Shown: piece by piece, positions 1 through 10,465 of the stretch
Numbering within the stretch: the first letter of the stretch is position 1
Layout of the letters: every line of letters starts with the position of its first letter
NCBI GenBank assembly: GCA_963789395.1
Contig: CAWBKP010000024.1
Span: 378,477-442,476 of the forward strand
Direction: 5' to 3'
DNA: 64,000 nucleotides
Source: an uncultured delta proteobacterium
GTDB lineage: Bacteria > Desulfobacterota > Desulfobacteria > Desulfobacterales > Desulfatirhabdiaceae
Program-made: the position numbers and the translations under genes
Notes under the pieces: generated by a model
Told to the model about the DNA's origin: nothing
Database searches by the model: none
Seen by the model: only the letters and a program-made list of their open reading frames with translations

Positions 1-798
1 CGGAGTAACATCTTTTTTATCCTTGATCCAGATAGCCTTCATGGAATTGAGGGTTTCTTCCCGAATGACTTTCCGGGTGGTTTTGCCGACAGGTTTGCCT
101 TCCTTGTCCAGGAGCTGTTCGGCCTCCGGAATGGGCTCATCCTTTTCAACATCCATCACGATGGGATAACTGACAAAATCAGAGTGCTGCTTGACAATGC
201 GCCGCAGGGTCCATTCATCCGTGAAATCCGACTCGTCTTTTTCTTTTTTCTTTAAATGAAGGGTGATCCGGGTTCCCCGGGACCGCTTGGTGGACTCTTC
301 GATGGTATAGCTGCCATCCCCGCTGGATTCCCAGAGGGTTGCCTTGTCTTCACCGGCAGCCCGGGTCAGCAGGCTGACCTTGTCGGCGACGATAAAGGAG
401 CTGTAAAAGCCGACCCCGAACTGGCCGATCAGCTCAGGGGTCAGCGTGCTCTGCTGCTGGGTTTCAGAAATCGCTTCCAGAAATGCCGCCGTGCCGCTTT
501 TGGCAATGGTGCCGATGTTTTCCATCACCTCGTTATAGGTCATGCCGATGCCGTTATCGCTGATTTCGATCGTCTGCTTGATGCCGTCCGGGATTATTTT
601 GATTTTATATTCCGTGTCATCCCCCAGAATATCTGGCTCTGTCTGGGCCTTGAAGCGCAGTTTGTCAATGGCGTCGGAAGCATTGGATATCAGTTCTCTG
701 AGGAAGATGTCTTTGCTGGAATACAGCGAGTTGATGATCAGGTTTAAGAGCTGCTGAACTTCGGTTTTAAATTGCAGGGTTTCTTTTTTCGAGGACAT
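1..798 (-). CDS. htpG: Molecular chaperone HtpG (Hsp90), N-terminal part; runs off the window edge
   Basis: Manual minus-strand translation from ATG at 798 gives [48 protein letters not shown], the Hsp90 signature; GGAG RBS upstream. Absent from the ORF track because there is no stop in the window. Confidence 0.96.
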   Translation of the reverse strand, partial: MSSKKETLQFKTEVQQLLNLIINSLYSSKDIFLRELISNASDAIDKLRFKAQTEPDILGDDTEYKIKIIPDGIKQTIEISDNGIGMTYNEVMENIGTIAKSGTAAFLEAISETQQQSTLTPELIGQFGVGFYSSFIVADKVSLLTRAAGEDKATLWESSGDGSYTIEESTKRSRGTRITLHLKKKEKDESDFTDEWTLRRIVKQHSDFVSYPIVMDVEKDEPIPEAEQLLDKEGKPVGKTTRKVIREETLNSMKAIWIKDKKDVTP

Positions 799-859
799 GT
801 TATCTCCTGTTTGAAAAAGGGGTTAAACTGTGATAAAAAATTCAAATAATTTTTTCAAT

Positions 860-887
860 ATTATGGGTTGATTTTTTCAATTGTCAA
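860..887 (-). promoter_or_regulatory. Candidate htpG promoter
   Basis: Minus strand reads TTGACA-N16-CATAAT; the -10 context CCCATAAT resembles a sigma32 element. Overlapped by GGGTTGA/TCAACCC inverted repeat (865-890). Confidence 0.55.
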
Positions 888-979
888 CCCTGTACCCTTC
901 AGGATATTGTAAAGGGTGATGTCATCTTTTATAACCATAATAGCGATGCTGCTTACTGTATGAACAGGAGGAATAAAGG

Positions 980-1666
980 ATGAAGATTCGAAACGTGCTG
1001 CTGCTGGTGCTTGTAGTGGTGACTGCCACATCCGGAATTTCTGAAGCCGATCAGAAACAGATTCGAGAGGTGGAAGATGCAGTTGAAATCATTAAGGAAT
1101 TTTCATTAATTCCAGAAAATCGAATTCCGCCTTCCCTGCTGAGTAATGCGCAAGCCATCGCCATTATTCCCGGTGTCATCAAGATCGGCTTTATCATTGG
1201 CGGAAACTACGGCACTGGGGTGATATCGGTCAGAGACAATTCCGGTAACTGGACAAACCCTGTCTTTATCACCTTGGCAGGAGGCAGTATCGGCTTTCAA
1301 ATTGGCGTTCAATCCACTGATATTATACTGGTATTTAAGTCCATCCGGAATGTGTATGACATCACTGCCGGCAATTTCACCCTGGGCGCGGATGCATCGG
1401 TTGCGGTCGGACCGGTGGGTCGGCAGGCTACCGCGAGTACGGATGTCGCGTTTGATGCTGAAATATACTCCTACTCAGATACCCGAGGCCTTTTTGCCGG
1501 CGTATCTGTTCAGGGCTCAGCGATTAAGATCGATTATGACGACATTGCCGGCTTCTATGGCAACACGCAGATTGGCGCCAAAGATATTTTTGAAACCCCG
1601 GACTTGAGCGCACCTCCTGAGGCGGCCAATTTCAGGCAGGTACTGACTGAACACACCGGGCGGTAA
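980..1666 (+). CDS. Exported SYLF/Ysc84 lipid-binding domain protein
   Basis: N-terminal signal peptide; GGSIGFQIG, FTLGADASVAVGPVGR and RGLFAGVS motifs; AGGAGG RBS. Confidence 0.88.
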   Translation: MKIRNVLLLVLVVVTATSGISEADQKQIREVEDAVEIIKEFSLIPENRIPPSLLSNAQAIAIIPGVIKIGFIIGGNYGTGVISVRDNSGNWTNPVFITLAGGSIGFQIGVQSTDIILVFKSIRNVYDITAGNFTLGADASVAVGPVGRQATASTDVAFDAEIYSYSDTRGLFAGVSVQGSAIKIDYDDIAGFYGNTQIGAKDIFETPDLSAPPEAANFRQVLTEHTGR

Positions 1667-1694
1667 CCCGACAGTCAGATGGTGAAATGGGGGG

Positions 1695-1898
1695 ATGGGA
1701 GTGGCCACGGTAATTTCTCTGCTGAAAATGGTTGCTGTACTCATTGCAGCTTCATTTCTGGGCAACTGGTTTTTAACAGAAATAAAAAAAGCGCGTGTTC
1801 TTAAAAAACCCTGGTATGCGCCGTATCTGACGACTCCGGGACTGCTGATCATTATTGCCTTGTTCATTCCGGTTGTGGTATGGATAATCCAGCATTAG
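1695..1898 (+). CDS. Small membrane protein (two TM segments)
   Basis: 67-aa ORF with two hydrophobic stretches around KPWYAPYL; co-oriented with neighbours. Confidence 0.6.
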   Translation: MGVATVISLLKMVAVLIAASFLGNWFLTEIKKARVLKKPWYAPYLTTPGLLIIIALFIPVVVWIIQH

Positions 1899-1932
1899 TG
1901 GCATCGCTATTTGCAATATTTTGGAGACAATT

Positions 1933-2514
1933 ATGACATTTTCTTTTCAGCAGCCGGTATCTGTAACGGAAATCGGCGAATCTCTGGCAAATTTTTCACT
2001 GGATCGGGAAAGTGTTCTGTTCGCTTTGAGCCGACTGCCGGATGAACCTTCCATCAACAAGGTTGCCATTGAATATGAGATTCAGCTTCTTAAAATCCTC
2101 AGTGTCGGATGGGCCATTTCCTATTTCATGGAAGATCATTCGGAAAAGACCCCGCTGATAAAAAAATTCTGGGACGTCCTGTTTGAATTTTCGAAAAATC
2201 TTTCTTCCGTCACGTCGCTGACAATCGGCAAGGAAGTGGATTATTTCCGGACGTTGAAAGAACGCATTGATATCTACCTGCAGGCTCTGGCCGAAGTTCC
2301 GCAGGTCAAGGATCCGACTTCGGTGATCGGGCCCACGTTTGCCCGGCTTTGCGGAAATTCGGACGATATTCATGTGATTATGGCCGGGAATCGTATTTTT
2401 CATCTGTCCCTTGAAGGTGTGAAACATTTTCTGGAGTCCGTCTTTTCGGATACTACCGAGTTGTCAACGCAGAACGCGTACCCGGACAAGCTATATAGCG
2501 CCATGGAGTGCTGA
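1933..2514 (+). CDS. Hypothetical protein
   Basis: Long ORF, GGAG RBS before ATG 1933; family not recognised. Confidence 0.65.
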   Translation: MTFSFQQPVSVTEIGESLANFSLDRESVLFALSRLPDEPSINKVAIEYEIQLLKILSVGWAISYFMEDHSEKTPLIKKFWDVLFEFSKNLSSVTSLTIGKEVDYFRTLKERIDIYLQALAEVPQVKDPTSVIGPTFARLCGNSDDIHVIMAGNRIFHLSLEGVKHFLESVFSDTTELSTQNAYPDKLYSAMEC

Positions 2515-2550
2515 GGTATTTTGTCAGGGTCCCATTCTTTTAACCCCTTC

Positions 2551-3213
2551 ATGTTCTCTCATCCTAAAACCTGTTTTGGCCTGTTACGTCACTCGGTAAC
2601 GGTTTGGAACCGGAGCCGGCGGATACAGGGTCATGCTGACAGTCCCCTGACTGCGGCTGGCGAGACCCTGGCCCTGCAATGGGGTCAGCTTCTTTCAGAA
2701 ACCGCCTGGAGTCGGATACTTTCCAGCGATCTTGGCAGGGCCCGGAAAACCACCGAACTGGTCAACCGGACGCTGAATCTGCCGGTTACGCTGGATTCCA
2801 GACTTCGGGAGAGAGACTGGGGAAAATGGACCGGAAAAACAATACCCCAGCTTAAACGGGAGTTTTCCGACTTATGGGCGCAACAAATCCCATCTCAATG
2901 GGATTATTGTCCGCCAGACGGCGAATCTTTCCAAAACGTGTGGAAAAGAGGCCGGGAGGCTCTTGAATCCGCATCCGGCCGCTGGCCTGGAAAAAACATT
3001 CTGGTTGTCACCCACGAAGGCATGATCAAAAGCCTGATATATCATGAAAGCACCTCGTCTGATTTTTTTACGGCCGGTCAACGTCTCATACCGTTTCACC
3101 TGCACTGTTTAATTTTTTCAGGCGGGAGGCTGGCCATAGATCGCCTGAATTTTTTGAATTTGTCTCCGGCAAATGCTCCGCCGGTTCAGCCGTGTACTTT
3201 CTCAACCATCTAA
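2551..3213 (+). CDS. Histidine phosphatase family protein
   Basis: RH(S)..WN...RIQG..DSPLT, SSDLGRA..T, LRERDWGKW and VVTHEG motifs. Confidence 0.9.
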   Translation: MFSHPKTCFGLLRHSVTVWNRSRRIQGHADSPLTAAGETLALQWGQLLSETAWSRILSSDLGRARKTTELVNRTLNLPVTLDSRLRERDWGKWTGKTIPQLKREFSDLWAQQIPSQWDYCPPDGESFQNVWKRGREALESASGRWPGKNILVVTHEGMIKSLIYHESTSSDFFTAGQRLIPFHLHCLIFSGGRLAIDRLNFLNLSPANAPPVQPCTFSTI

Positions 3214-3301
3214 GAGCCGGTACGTCGGTGGTGATGGATCGAATACGTGCCGTTATGCCTGCATGCTTGTTCCATGGTTGCGCTCCAGCCTGATTATTGA
3301 T

Positions 3302-4471
3302 ATGAAAATTATTTATTACTGTCAGCATGTCCTGGGAATGGGGCATTATTTCCGCAGTCTTGAGATATGCAAGGCATTTAGAGATCATGAAGTCATTCTG
3401 GTGTCCGGAGGGGTGTCTTTTAACATGCCTGTACCGGAATATATTCGAGAAGTTCAGCTCCTGCCGCTTGGGATGGACCCGGATTTTCGTGGACTGGAAT
3501 CGGATTCAGACATCGGAACACTCGAACAAATCAAAGCCGTCCGGCAGCAGACGATGTATGATTTGTTCTTAAATGAATGTCCGGATCTATTCATGGTTGA
3601 ACTCTTTCCGTTCGGGAGAAAGGCGTTTGGGTTTGAGCTGATTCCGATTTTTGACGGGATCAGACAAGGCAGGCTTTGCCCGAGCCGGGTAATATGCAGT
3701 CTTCGGGATGTTCTGGTTGAAAAAAAGGATACCCTATCGTACGAATCACGGGTGATCGCTGCCTTAAACAAGTGGTTTGATGCGCTCCTGATTCATTCAG
3801 ATGCCGCGATCATCAAACTGGATGATACCTTTTCCCGGATGACGGATATCCGGATTCCTGTTGTCTATACCGGTTTTGTAACCCCCCGGCCTCGTAAAGG
3901 AGATCGGTCGGCTATACGCTGCAAACTGGGCATCGGCGACAACAGCCGTTTAATTGTTGCCAGCGCCGGAGGCGGGAAGGTAGGGTTTGCGCTTCTGGAT
4001 GCCGTGATCAGAGCCTTTAAGAGGATAGGGCATGAATCAGATATCTTTTTGCAGGTATTTACCGGCCCGTTCATGGAAAGTAATGCAGTTCGCAGTCTTC
4101 AGGAAATGGGCACGGATCGGATTTCGGTGTCCCGCTTTACATCTGATTTCCCTGCCTGGCTTTCAGCGGCGGATCTTTCCGTCAGCATGGCCGGTTACAA
4201 TACCTGCATGAACATTCTGGCAGCCAGGGTTCCTTCCCTGGTCTGGCCGTTTTCGCAAAACCGCGAGCAGCGGCTTCGGGCCGAGCGCATTTCGGAAATG
4301 GGCGGAATGCGGATACTTGAAGATGCCGACCTTGAGTCGGGACAACTGGCCGGGCTCATGCTCCGGATCCTTACCGAACGGGTCCGGCCCGGGGATTCGG
4401 TTGATCTGGAAGGGGCTGAACATACGGCGAACTGGACTATTTCCTGGATGTCAACGCAAAGGAACAACTGA
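3302..4471 (+). CDS. GT-B glycosyltransferase (COG4671 / GT28 C-terminal-like)
   Basis: YCQHVLGMGH, ELFPFGR, SAGGGKVG, SMAGYNT and EQRLRA motifs. Confidence 0.88.
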   Translation: MKIIYYCQHVLGMGHYFRSLEICKAFRDHEVILVSGGVSFNMPVPEYIREVQLLPLGMDPDFRGLESDSDIGTLEQIKAVRQQTMYDLFLNECPDLFMVELFPFGRKAFGFELIPIFDGIRQGRLCPSRVICSLRDVLVEKKDTLSYESRVIAALNKWFDALLIHSDAAIIKLDDTFSRMTDIRIPVVYTGFVTPRPRKGDRSAIRCKLGIGDNSRLIVASAGGGKVGFALLDAVIRAFKRIGHESDIFLQVFTGPFMESNAVRSLQEMGTDRISVSRFTSDFPAWLSAADLSVSMAGYNTCMNILAARVPSLVWPFSQNREQRLRAERISEMGGMRILEDADLESGQLAGLMLRILTERVRPGDSVDLEGAEHTANWTISWMSTQRNN

Positions 4472-5275
4472 TGCAGCACCTGCCTTCGCTTTTATGGAAT
4501 TTACCCCTGACGGATTTGAAACCGCGGCTTCAGGATTGTGTGGATCAGGCTCTGGATCAGGTTCTGGCTCAGGCCCGTCTTCCCTTGCCATTACGAGTAT
4601 TTTTTCGCGCAGATGACATCGGTGTTCCCGGTAAACGATCTTTTTCGCCTACTCGATTTGTTTATTGACTGCCAGACACCGCTGTGTCTGGCAGTGGTGC
4701 CGTCCTGGCTCAACCGTCAGAGATGGGAGATTTTCGAAAAAATAAGTCAAAAATCGCCTGAACTATGGTGCTGGCACCAGCATGGATGGCGGCATGTCAC
4801 CCATGAAACACAGGGGAAAAAACAGGAATTCGGTCCGGTCAGATCCATCGGAGCGATCCAACAGGATATTGTCCGCGGCCGCGAAAAGCTCGAACTGTTG
4901 ATGAGAGATCAGTTTACGCCCGTGTTTACCCCGCCCTGGAACCGATGTGACGGCAGAACCCTGGCGATAGTTAAAAACAATGGTTTCAAAGCGGTTTCAC
5001 GGCATCGTTACAGCATGCCCAGACCGCTGAAAGGGCTGCCGGATTTTGCTGTCAATGTCGATCTGCATACCCGCCGGGAAACTTCACCGGAAGCAGGATG
5101 GCAATCCCTTTGGAAAGAGCTTTCAACGGCAATTTTAAGCGGCACCTGTGGGGTCATGATCCATCATCAGCGAATGAACGAATCCGCCTTTGAATTTTTG
5201 AAGGTCCTGCTGGAAGTTATGACGCAGCATTCCCATATCCAGCTGACCCATTTCAAGAATATGCTGCATGCTTAA
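4471..5275 (+). CDS. Polysaccharide deacetylase family protein (frameshift near 4635)
   Basis: VFFRADD in ORF 4471..4668 continues in ORF 4538..5275 with WHQHGWRH, FTPPWNR and GVMIHH; TGATG coupling to the upstream gene. Confidence 0.8.
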
Positions 5276-6272
5276 GACCATTGTCATCACCTCTATTTAT
5301 CCGCCAACGCAATCGGTGCGGGAATGGACGGCCCTTACCGACTGGAATGTGGTGGTGGCTGGTGATAGAAAAACGCCTGCGGACTGGAACTGCCATCCGG
5401 CAACGTATCTGTCAGTAGCGGATCAGGAAAGTTCGCGCTTTCGAATCGCCGGAATGCTTCCCTGGAATCACTATGCCCGTAAACTCATGGGTTATCTGCA
5501 CGCCATCGGGCAGGGGGCTGAAATCATCCTGGATACGGATGACGACAATATGCCAAAGCCGGACTGGTTCATTCCCGAATTTTCCGGCGATTACCTGACT
5601 GCTCCTCCTGACATGGGTTTTGTGAATATTTACAGTTATTTTACGGATCAGCACATCTGGCCCAGAGGATTTCCCCTGAACCGGGTTTGTGATCCGGCTG
5701 TGCAGTTGGCTGACGGTGTCATGCGGATCGCTCCGGCTAGGGTCGGTATCTGGCAGGGACTGGCTGATGGAGACCCGGATGTGGATGCCATCTATCGCAT
5801 GACCGTAAATCTTCCCTGTTATTTTGACTCCAAATGCCCGGTGGTACTGAATGCAGGAACCGTATCTCCCTGTAATTCTCAGAACACCGCCTTTATCAAA
5901 CCGTTTTTTCCGCTGCTGTACCTGCCGGCATTGGTCAGCTTCCGCTCCACCGATATCTTCCGGGGACTGGTGGCTCAGCCGATTCTCTGGAGCGCTGGCT
6001 ATTCCCTTGGATTTTGCGGGGCAACCGTTGTTCAGAAGCGCAATGAACATCAGCATCTGTCTGATTTTGAATCTGAAATCCCCTGTTATCTTTATCCTGA
6101 AAAAATCGTGAATGTGGTTGAAGGGGCGGTGTCATCCCGTTTTTCCATTGATACCAATCTCGTTAATGCCTATGAAGGCTTGATTCGACACGACATGATC
6201 CCAAAATTCGAGATGGATCTCGTCTTGGCATGGGTTCAGGATATTCAACGCCTGACTGTATCGCTATCATGA
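5268..6272 (+). CDS. STELLO/DUF288 family putative glycosyltransferase
   Basis: VITSI..PT, GDRKTP.DW, DTDDDN, WPRGFPL, QGLADGDPDVDAIYR, NSQNT and FRSTDIFRG motifs. Confidence 0.82.
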   Translation: MLKTIVITSIYPPTQSVREWTALTDWNVVVAGDRKTPADWNCHPATYLSVADQESSRFRIAGMLPWNHYARKLMGYLHAIGQGAEIILDTDDDNMPKPDWFIPEFSGDYLTAPPDMGFVNIYSYFTDQHIWPRGFPLNRVCDPAVQLADGVMRIAPARVGIWQGLADGDPDVDAIYRMTVNLPCYFDSKCPVVLNAGTVSPCNSQNTAFIKPFFPLLYLPALVSFRSTDIFRGLVAQPILWSAGYSLGFCGATVVQKRNEHQHLSDFESEIPCYLYPEKIVNVVEGAVSSRFSIDTNLVNAYEGLIRHDMIPKFEMDLVLAWVQDIQRLTVSLS

Positions 6273-7110
6273 CGGATTGTTTTTCAGGCGCCATGGTGAT
6301 TACGGATCTGGACGGAACCCTGCTGGGTTCAAACGGATCCATGACAAGGCAGGATCTGGATGCGCTTCTTTTTCTGGGTGACAAGGGAGTTGTCCGCGTG
6401 ATTGCAACCGGCCGTAACCTGTATTCCTTTCAGGCCGTTGCCGGCAACGATCTGCCGGTGGACTATGTCATTTTTTCAACCGGGTCAGGAGTCATCACTT
6501 TCCCGAATGGCCAGTTGATTCGACAGGTTCACCTGGAGTTTGAGGCTGTTTTGTCGGCGGTACAGGTGTTAATGGAATTTGAGCTGGATTTCATGGTGCA
6601 CCAGCCCATTCCGGACAATCACCGGTTTGTTTATTTTGGGACCGGCAGACCCAATCCGGATTTTCACAGGCGGCTTGCCCGTTACATCGACTTCTGTCAG
6701 CCCCTTGATAATACGTTTTCCAATATCGGATCTGCTTCACAGTTGCTTGCAGTGGTCAATCATGATAACAGTGCATCCGTCTTTGCAAGGATACAGTCGA
6801 AATTGACAGGTTACAGTGTGATTCGATCCACTTCGCCGTTGGACGGCAAATCCACCTGGATTGAGATTTTTGCCCCTGGCGTCAGTAAAAGCCGCGTGTG
6901 CCGCTTGGCTTGCCGATCGATTGAATATTGACAAGCGACTTGTGCTGGCCGTTGGTAATGATTATAATGATCTGGATATGCTCGAATGGGCAGGAACCGC
7001 ATATCTGGTCGACAATGCGCCGGATATGCTGAAAAACCGGTTTGCCTCCGTGGCGTCCCATGACCATGGCGGGGTGTCGGAAGCGATTCACCTGTGGCTG
7101 GCAAATATTG
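6269..7110 (+). CDS. Cof-type HAD-IIB phosphatase (frameshift near 6890; end approximate, no stop before fba)
   Basis: DLDGTLL, IATGR and GVSK in ORF 6230..6931; GNDYNDLDML..A and GVSEAI in the frame of ORF 6861..8483; ATGA overlap with the STELLO gene. Confidence 0.8.
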
Positions 7111-7196
7111 CGATGACAGAAATGCGTATTTTTCCGACCGATGAGGATTCATGTCAGCAAAAAATGTCTGAAAGAAAAGCAAAAAGGAGGTTTAAC

Positions 7197-8483
7197 GTGA
7201 CTGAACATCCCAGCAAGTTGTCAAAGGATTTTGAAATTGCCCTGAACGTGGGCAGACCGCCAAATATTGTTCAGCTTTTCCCCAATTCAAAGGCGCTGAT
7301 TGTCAGTGGAAAATACATCGACAGGGCCATGCTGGCCAAAGGCAAAGCAATTTCAATGGCGGCAAACGGGAGAAGTATTTTTGTCATTCGCGGCGCGCTT
7401 GCCGCTGCCCAGCGGGCCAATTCTGTCATTATTATCGAGATTGCCAAATCTGAGGGAACGTATTGCGCTGTCAATTTCTGGAACATCGCCCGGCAGGTGG
7501 ACGCGCTGTGCAATGAGATGGGCATCACCGTTCCGGTTGCCATCCACGCGGATCATTACGGAATTAAATCCCAGAAAGATATTACGCAGGCCATGGTTGA
7601 AATCCCCACTGTTTTTGAGGCCGGTATCACTTCCATCGCTATTGATGCCTCTCACATGCCGGATGACCAGAATCTGATGGCCAATATTGCGCTCCATCCG
7701 TTTATTCCCGAGTGGGCCGGACTTGAAACCGAGGTGGGTGAAATCAAGGGGAAAACCGGCCTTTCCACAGTGGATGAGGCGCTGTTTCTCATTCAAGGCT
7801 TGAATGCGCATGACATCTTCCCGAATTGGATTGCCCTGAACAATGGCACCACTCATGGCATCGAGGCCAGCGACCAGGGGATTCAGGTCGAACTGACCCA
7901 GAGCATCCATGAGGCGCTGTCGCCTTACTGCATTTCCGGTGCCCAGCACGGCACATCGGGGAACAGTTCGGATCGGCTCAGGGATATTGCCGCACTGACC
8001 CGAACCACCAAGGCCAACGTGGCCACGGCCCTTCAGATGATTTCCTGGGGACTTGAAGTCAATGATTATGGCAACGCCATTCTGGACACGGATGGCAACT
8101 TCATCAAGGTTCCGGGGCAGGGCGTTACTGAAGAAATGTGGCAGGAAATGGTAGCATATGCAGATGCAAAGGGTCTGAAAAAAGGGGATTACAAAAAACT
8201 CAATCTTCCGTTTGAAAGTAAACTCCTCGCTCAGCCAAAAGAAATTCGCGACCGCATGTCCAAACGGGTGGAAGATTTTGTGTATCAGATGCTGACAACG
8301 GTATTTAACGCGGGCGACACAGCGCCGCTCGCCATAAAAGCCATTCTCGATGCAAAAACCTATGATCCGGGGCCAAAGGCCACACGGACGGAAGATCCTT
8401 CCGCCTGGACACCAGAAAAAATTGCTTCCCGTGTTTTAACGATTTCTACCGATAAGGGTGCGGCCGGCAATTTTGATGACTAA
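7197..8483 (+). CDS. fba: Class II fructose-bisphosphate aldolase
   Basis: HADH, IDASH, ETEVGEI, NGTTHG, AQHGTSG and KANVAT motifs; AAGGAGG RBS before GTG 7197. Confidence 0.88.
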   Translation: MTEHPSKLSKDFEIALNVGRPPNIVQLFPNSKALIVSGKYIDRAMLAKGKAISMAANGRSIFVIRGALAAAQRANSVIIIEIAKSEGTYCAVNFWNIARQVDALCNEMGITVPVAIHADHYGIKSQKDITQAMVEIPTVFEAGITSIAIDASHMPDDQNLMANIALHPFIPEWAGLETEVGEIKGKTGLSTVDEALFLIQGLNAHDIFPNWIALNNGTTHGIEASDQGIQVELTQSIHEALSPYCISGAQHGTSGNSSDRLRDIAALTRTTKANVATALQMISWGLEVNDYGNAILDTDGNFIKVPGQGVTEEMWQEMVAYADAKGLKKGDYKKLNLPFESKLLAQPKEIRDRMSKRVEDFVYQMLTTVFNAGDTAPLAIKAILDAKTYDPGPKATRTEDPSAWTPEKIASRVLTISTDKGAAGNFDD

Positions 8484-8540
8484 TAAAATACGGGCGATTA
8501 CCCGAAAGCCGCTTTTTTTGTGTGAGAAGAAAATTTTTGA

Positions 8541-8566
8541 GGGGCCGTAAAAGGGTCGGCCCCTTT
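8541..8566 (+). terminator. Hairpin downstream of fba
   Basis: GGGGCCG-N9-CGGCCCC followed by TTT; another small stem and a T-run lie at 8490-8519. Confidence 0.4.
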
Positions 8567-8608
8567 CCAAGATAAATTAGAGTTCTACATTCAATTCAGG
8601 AGACAGGC

Positions 8609-8938
8609 ATGTCTGAGAAACAGAGCATTCCCGATGAATTTCAAGGATCGATCAGGCGGCTATTGAACAAGGTTCCACCCGAGCAGCGCAATGACGAAAC
8701 CCTTCACGCCGCCTTGCTGCTATATGTGAAGCTGGGCGGAGAAAAACTGGCCCGCCATTACATTGAAACATCCAAAAAAGTATTTCCGGACCAGTTGGTT
8801 CTCATCAAAAGACAGTTTCGGGACGGGGGTGACGAAGATGAAGATTCAGACGCGGATCAACCGGACGATGCTGAAAGAGATGGTGAGTTCGTTGCGGATG
8901 AGGACAAAAATGATGCAGATGGGGATGATTTTGTCTGA
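8609..8938 (+). CDS. Hypothetical protein with highly acidic C-terminal tail
   Basis: AGGAG RBS; 109 aa, last ~40 aa rich in D/E. Confidence 0.7.
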   Translation: MSEKQSIPDEFQGSIRRLLNKVPPEQRNDETLHAALLLYVKLGGEKLARHYIETSKKVFPDQLVLIKRQFRDGGDEDEDSDADQPDDAERDGEFVADEDKNDADGDDFV

Positions 8939-8981
8939 TAGCGGCCTCAGGCTTTTCCCGATGTTGACCAAGTCCGCCGAA

Positions 8982-10281
8982 TCACGACAGCCGTACCCTG
9001 ACTGAGTGTGCATGTGCCCCGAGCCCTTCAATTTCCGCCAGCCGGATGATATCCGGTGCTTCCTTCCTGAAAGCCGCTTCTGAATAGTGAATCAAACTGG
9101 TTTTTTTGATAAAATGTTCCACCGAGAGCGCTGAAGAGAACCGCGCCGTTCCGGATGTGGGCAGTACATGATTGGGACCCGCGATATAGTCTCCAACGGG
9201 TTCGGGCGTATAATGCCCCATGAAAACAGCCCCGGCGTTTTGGATGCGTTCGATATGTTCCAGCGGGGAATTCATATGCAGCTCAAGATGCTCCGGGGCG
9301 ATGGCATTGGAAAGATCGAATGCGCAAGCAATGTCTTTCACCACAAATATGGCGCCATAGTTTTTCAACGATGCCTCGGCGATATCCTGACGCGCCAAGC
9401 GCGTCATTTGTCTGCTTACAGCGGCAGTAACCAGTTTTGCCATTTTTCGTGACGGGGTAACCAGTATGGCGGACGCCATCGGGTCGTGTTCGGCCTGGGA
9501 CAGCAGATCAGCTGCCGTGAATTCAGGGTTTGCGGATTCATCGGCAATCACCAGAATTTCACTGGGTCCGGCAACCATGTCTATGCCGACGGTGCCGGCA
9601 ACCATTTTTTTGGCGATGGTCACATAAATATTGCCAGGCCCCACAATCACATCGCATTTGGGAACCGTGCCGGTGCCATACGCCATTGCCGCAATTGCCC
9701 AGGCACTGCCGATCTTGTAAACCGCGTCAATTCCGACCCGCCTGGCCGCCACCAGAAGATGGGGATTGACAGTGCCATCCGGAGTGGATGGCGTCGTCAT
9801 GGCAAGGGTGGATACGCCCGCGATTCTGGCCGGAATGGCGCACATCAATACCGTTGAAACCAGAGGCGTCATCCCTGCTTTTCCGCCAGGCACATATATT
9901 CCCGCAGCATTCACGGGATTAACGATCTGGCCAAGGAGCGTACCGGGTCTTGGGGTATCAATCCAGGATTTTCTGGTCTGTTTTTTGTGAAAAAATTCGA
10001 TCTGGGATGCGGCGCGATCCAGGGATTCCACGAATTCCGGGCTTACTTGAAGCGCGGCCTCTTCAAATTCCGGGATACCTAGCCTGAAGGGTCTCGACGT
10101 TCAGGCAGGGAGAATCAAATCGGTTTGCATAATTGATAAGCGCCGTATCGCCGTGTTTGCGCACATCGTCCAGAATGCGGGCGACAGCCCGCTGGTCTTT
10201 CCGGTTAAAAGACTGCACCCGGCCTGTAATGACCGCAAGCCTTTTTTCAGCTGATAAAGACGGATAGTCATGGATTTTCAT
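8982..10281 (-). CDS. hisD: Histidinol dehydrogenase (frameshift near 10070)
   Basis: [39 protein letters not shown] and GPNHVLPT; N-terminus in ORF 10063..10281. Confidence 0.95.
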
Positions 10282-10301
10282 GAAAACAATAAACCCTCGA
10301 T

Positions 10302-10452
10302 CGTAACTATTCAGGGATCAGAATTCAGGATTTAGAATTCAGAATGGCCCGCATGTTAGCTTCGAGCAATGTGACGGCTTCTTCAATTGGATGAGATTGA
10401 AAAAACGGATTTGCTGTCCCGCATTCTGCTCCTGAATACCTGTGTAGTTGCG
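10302..10452. mobile_element. MITE-like element with imperfect terminal inverted repeats and internal 7-bp-periodic arms
   Basis: Left CGTAACTATTCAGG versus reverse complement of right end CGCAACTACACAGG (11/14); internal ATCAGAA-TTCAGGA-TTTAGAA-TTCAGAA mirrored by ATTCTGCTCCTGAATACCTG. Confidence 0.55.
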
Positions 10453-10465
10453 TTATTTTGAAATT

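Noticed and set aside
256..747. 163-aa plus-strand ORF
   Set aside because: Antisense shadow of htpG on the minus strand.
4541..4576. 12-bp tandem repeat giving GSGSGSG in one frame
   Set aside because: Lies inside the deacetylase gene (VDQALDQVLAQA); a short local duplication, not a separate feature.
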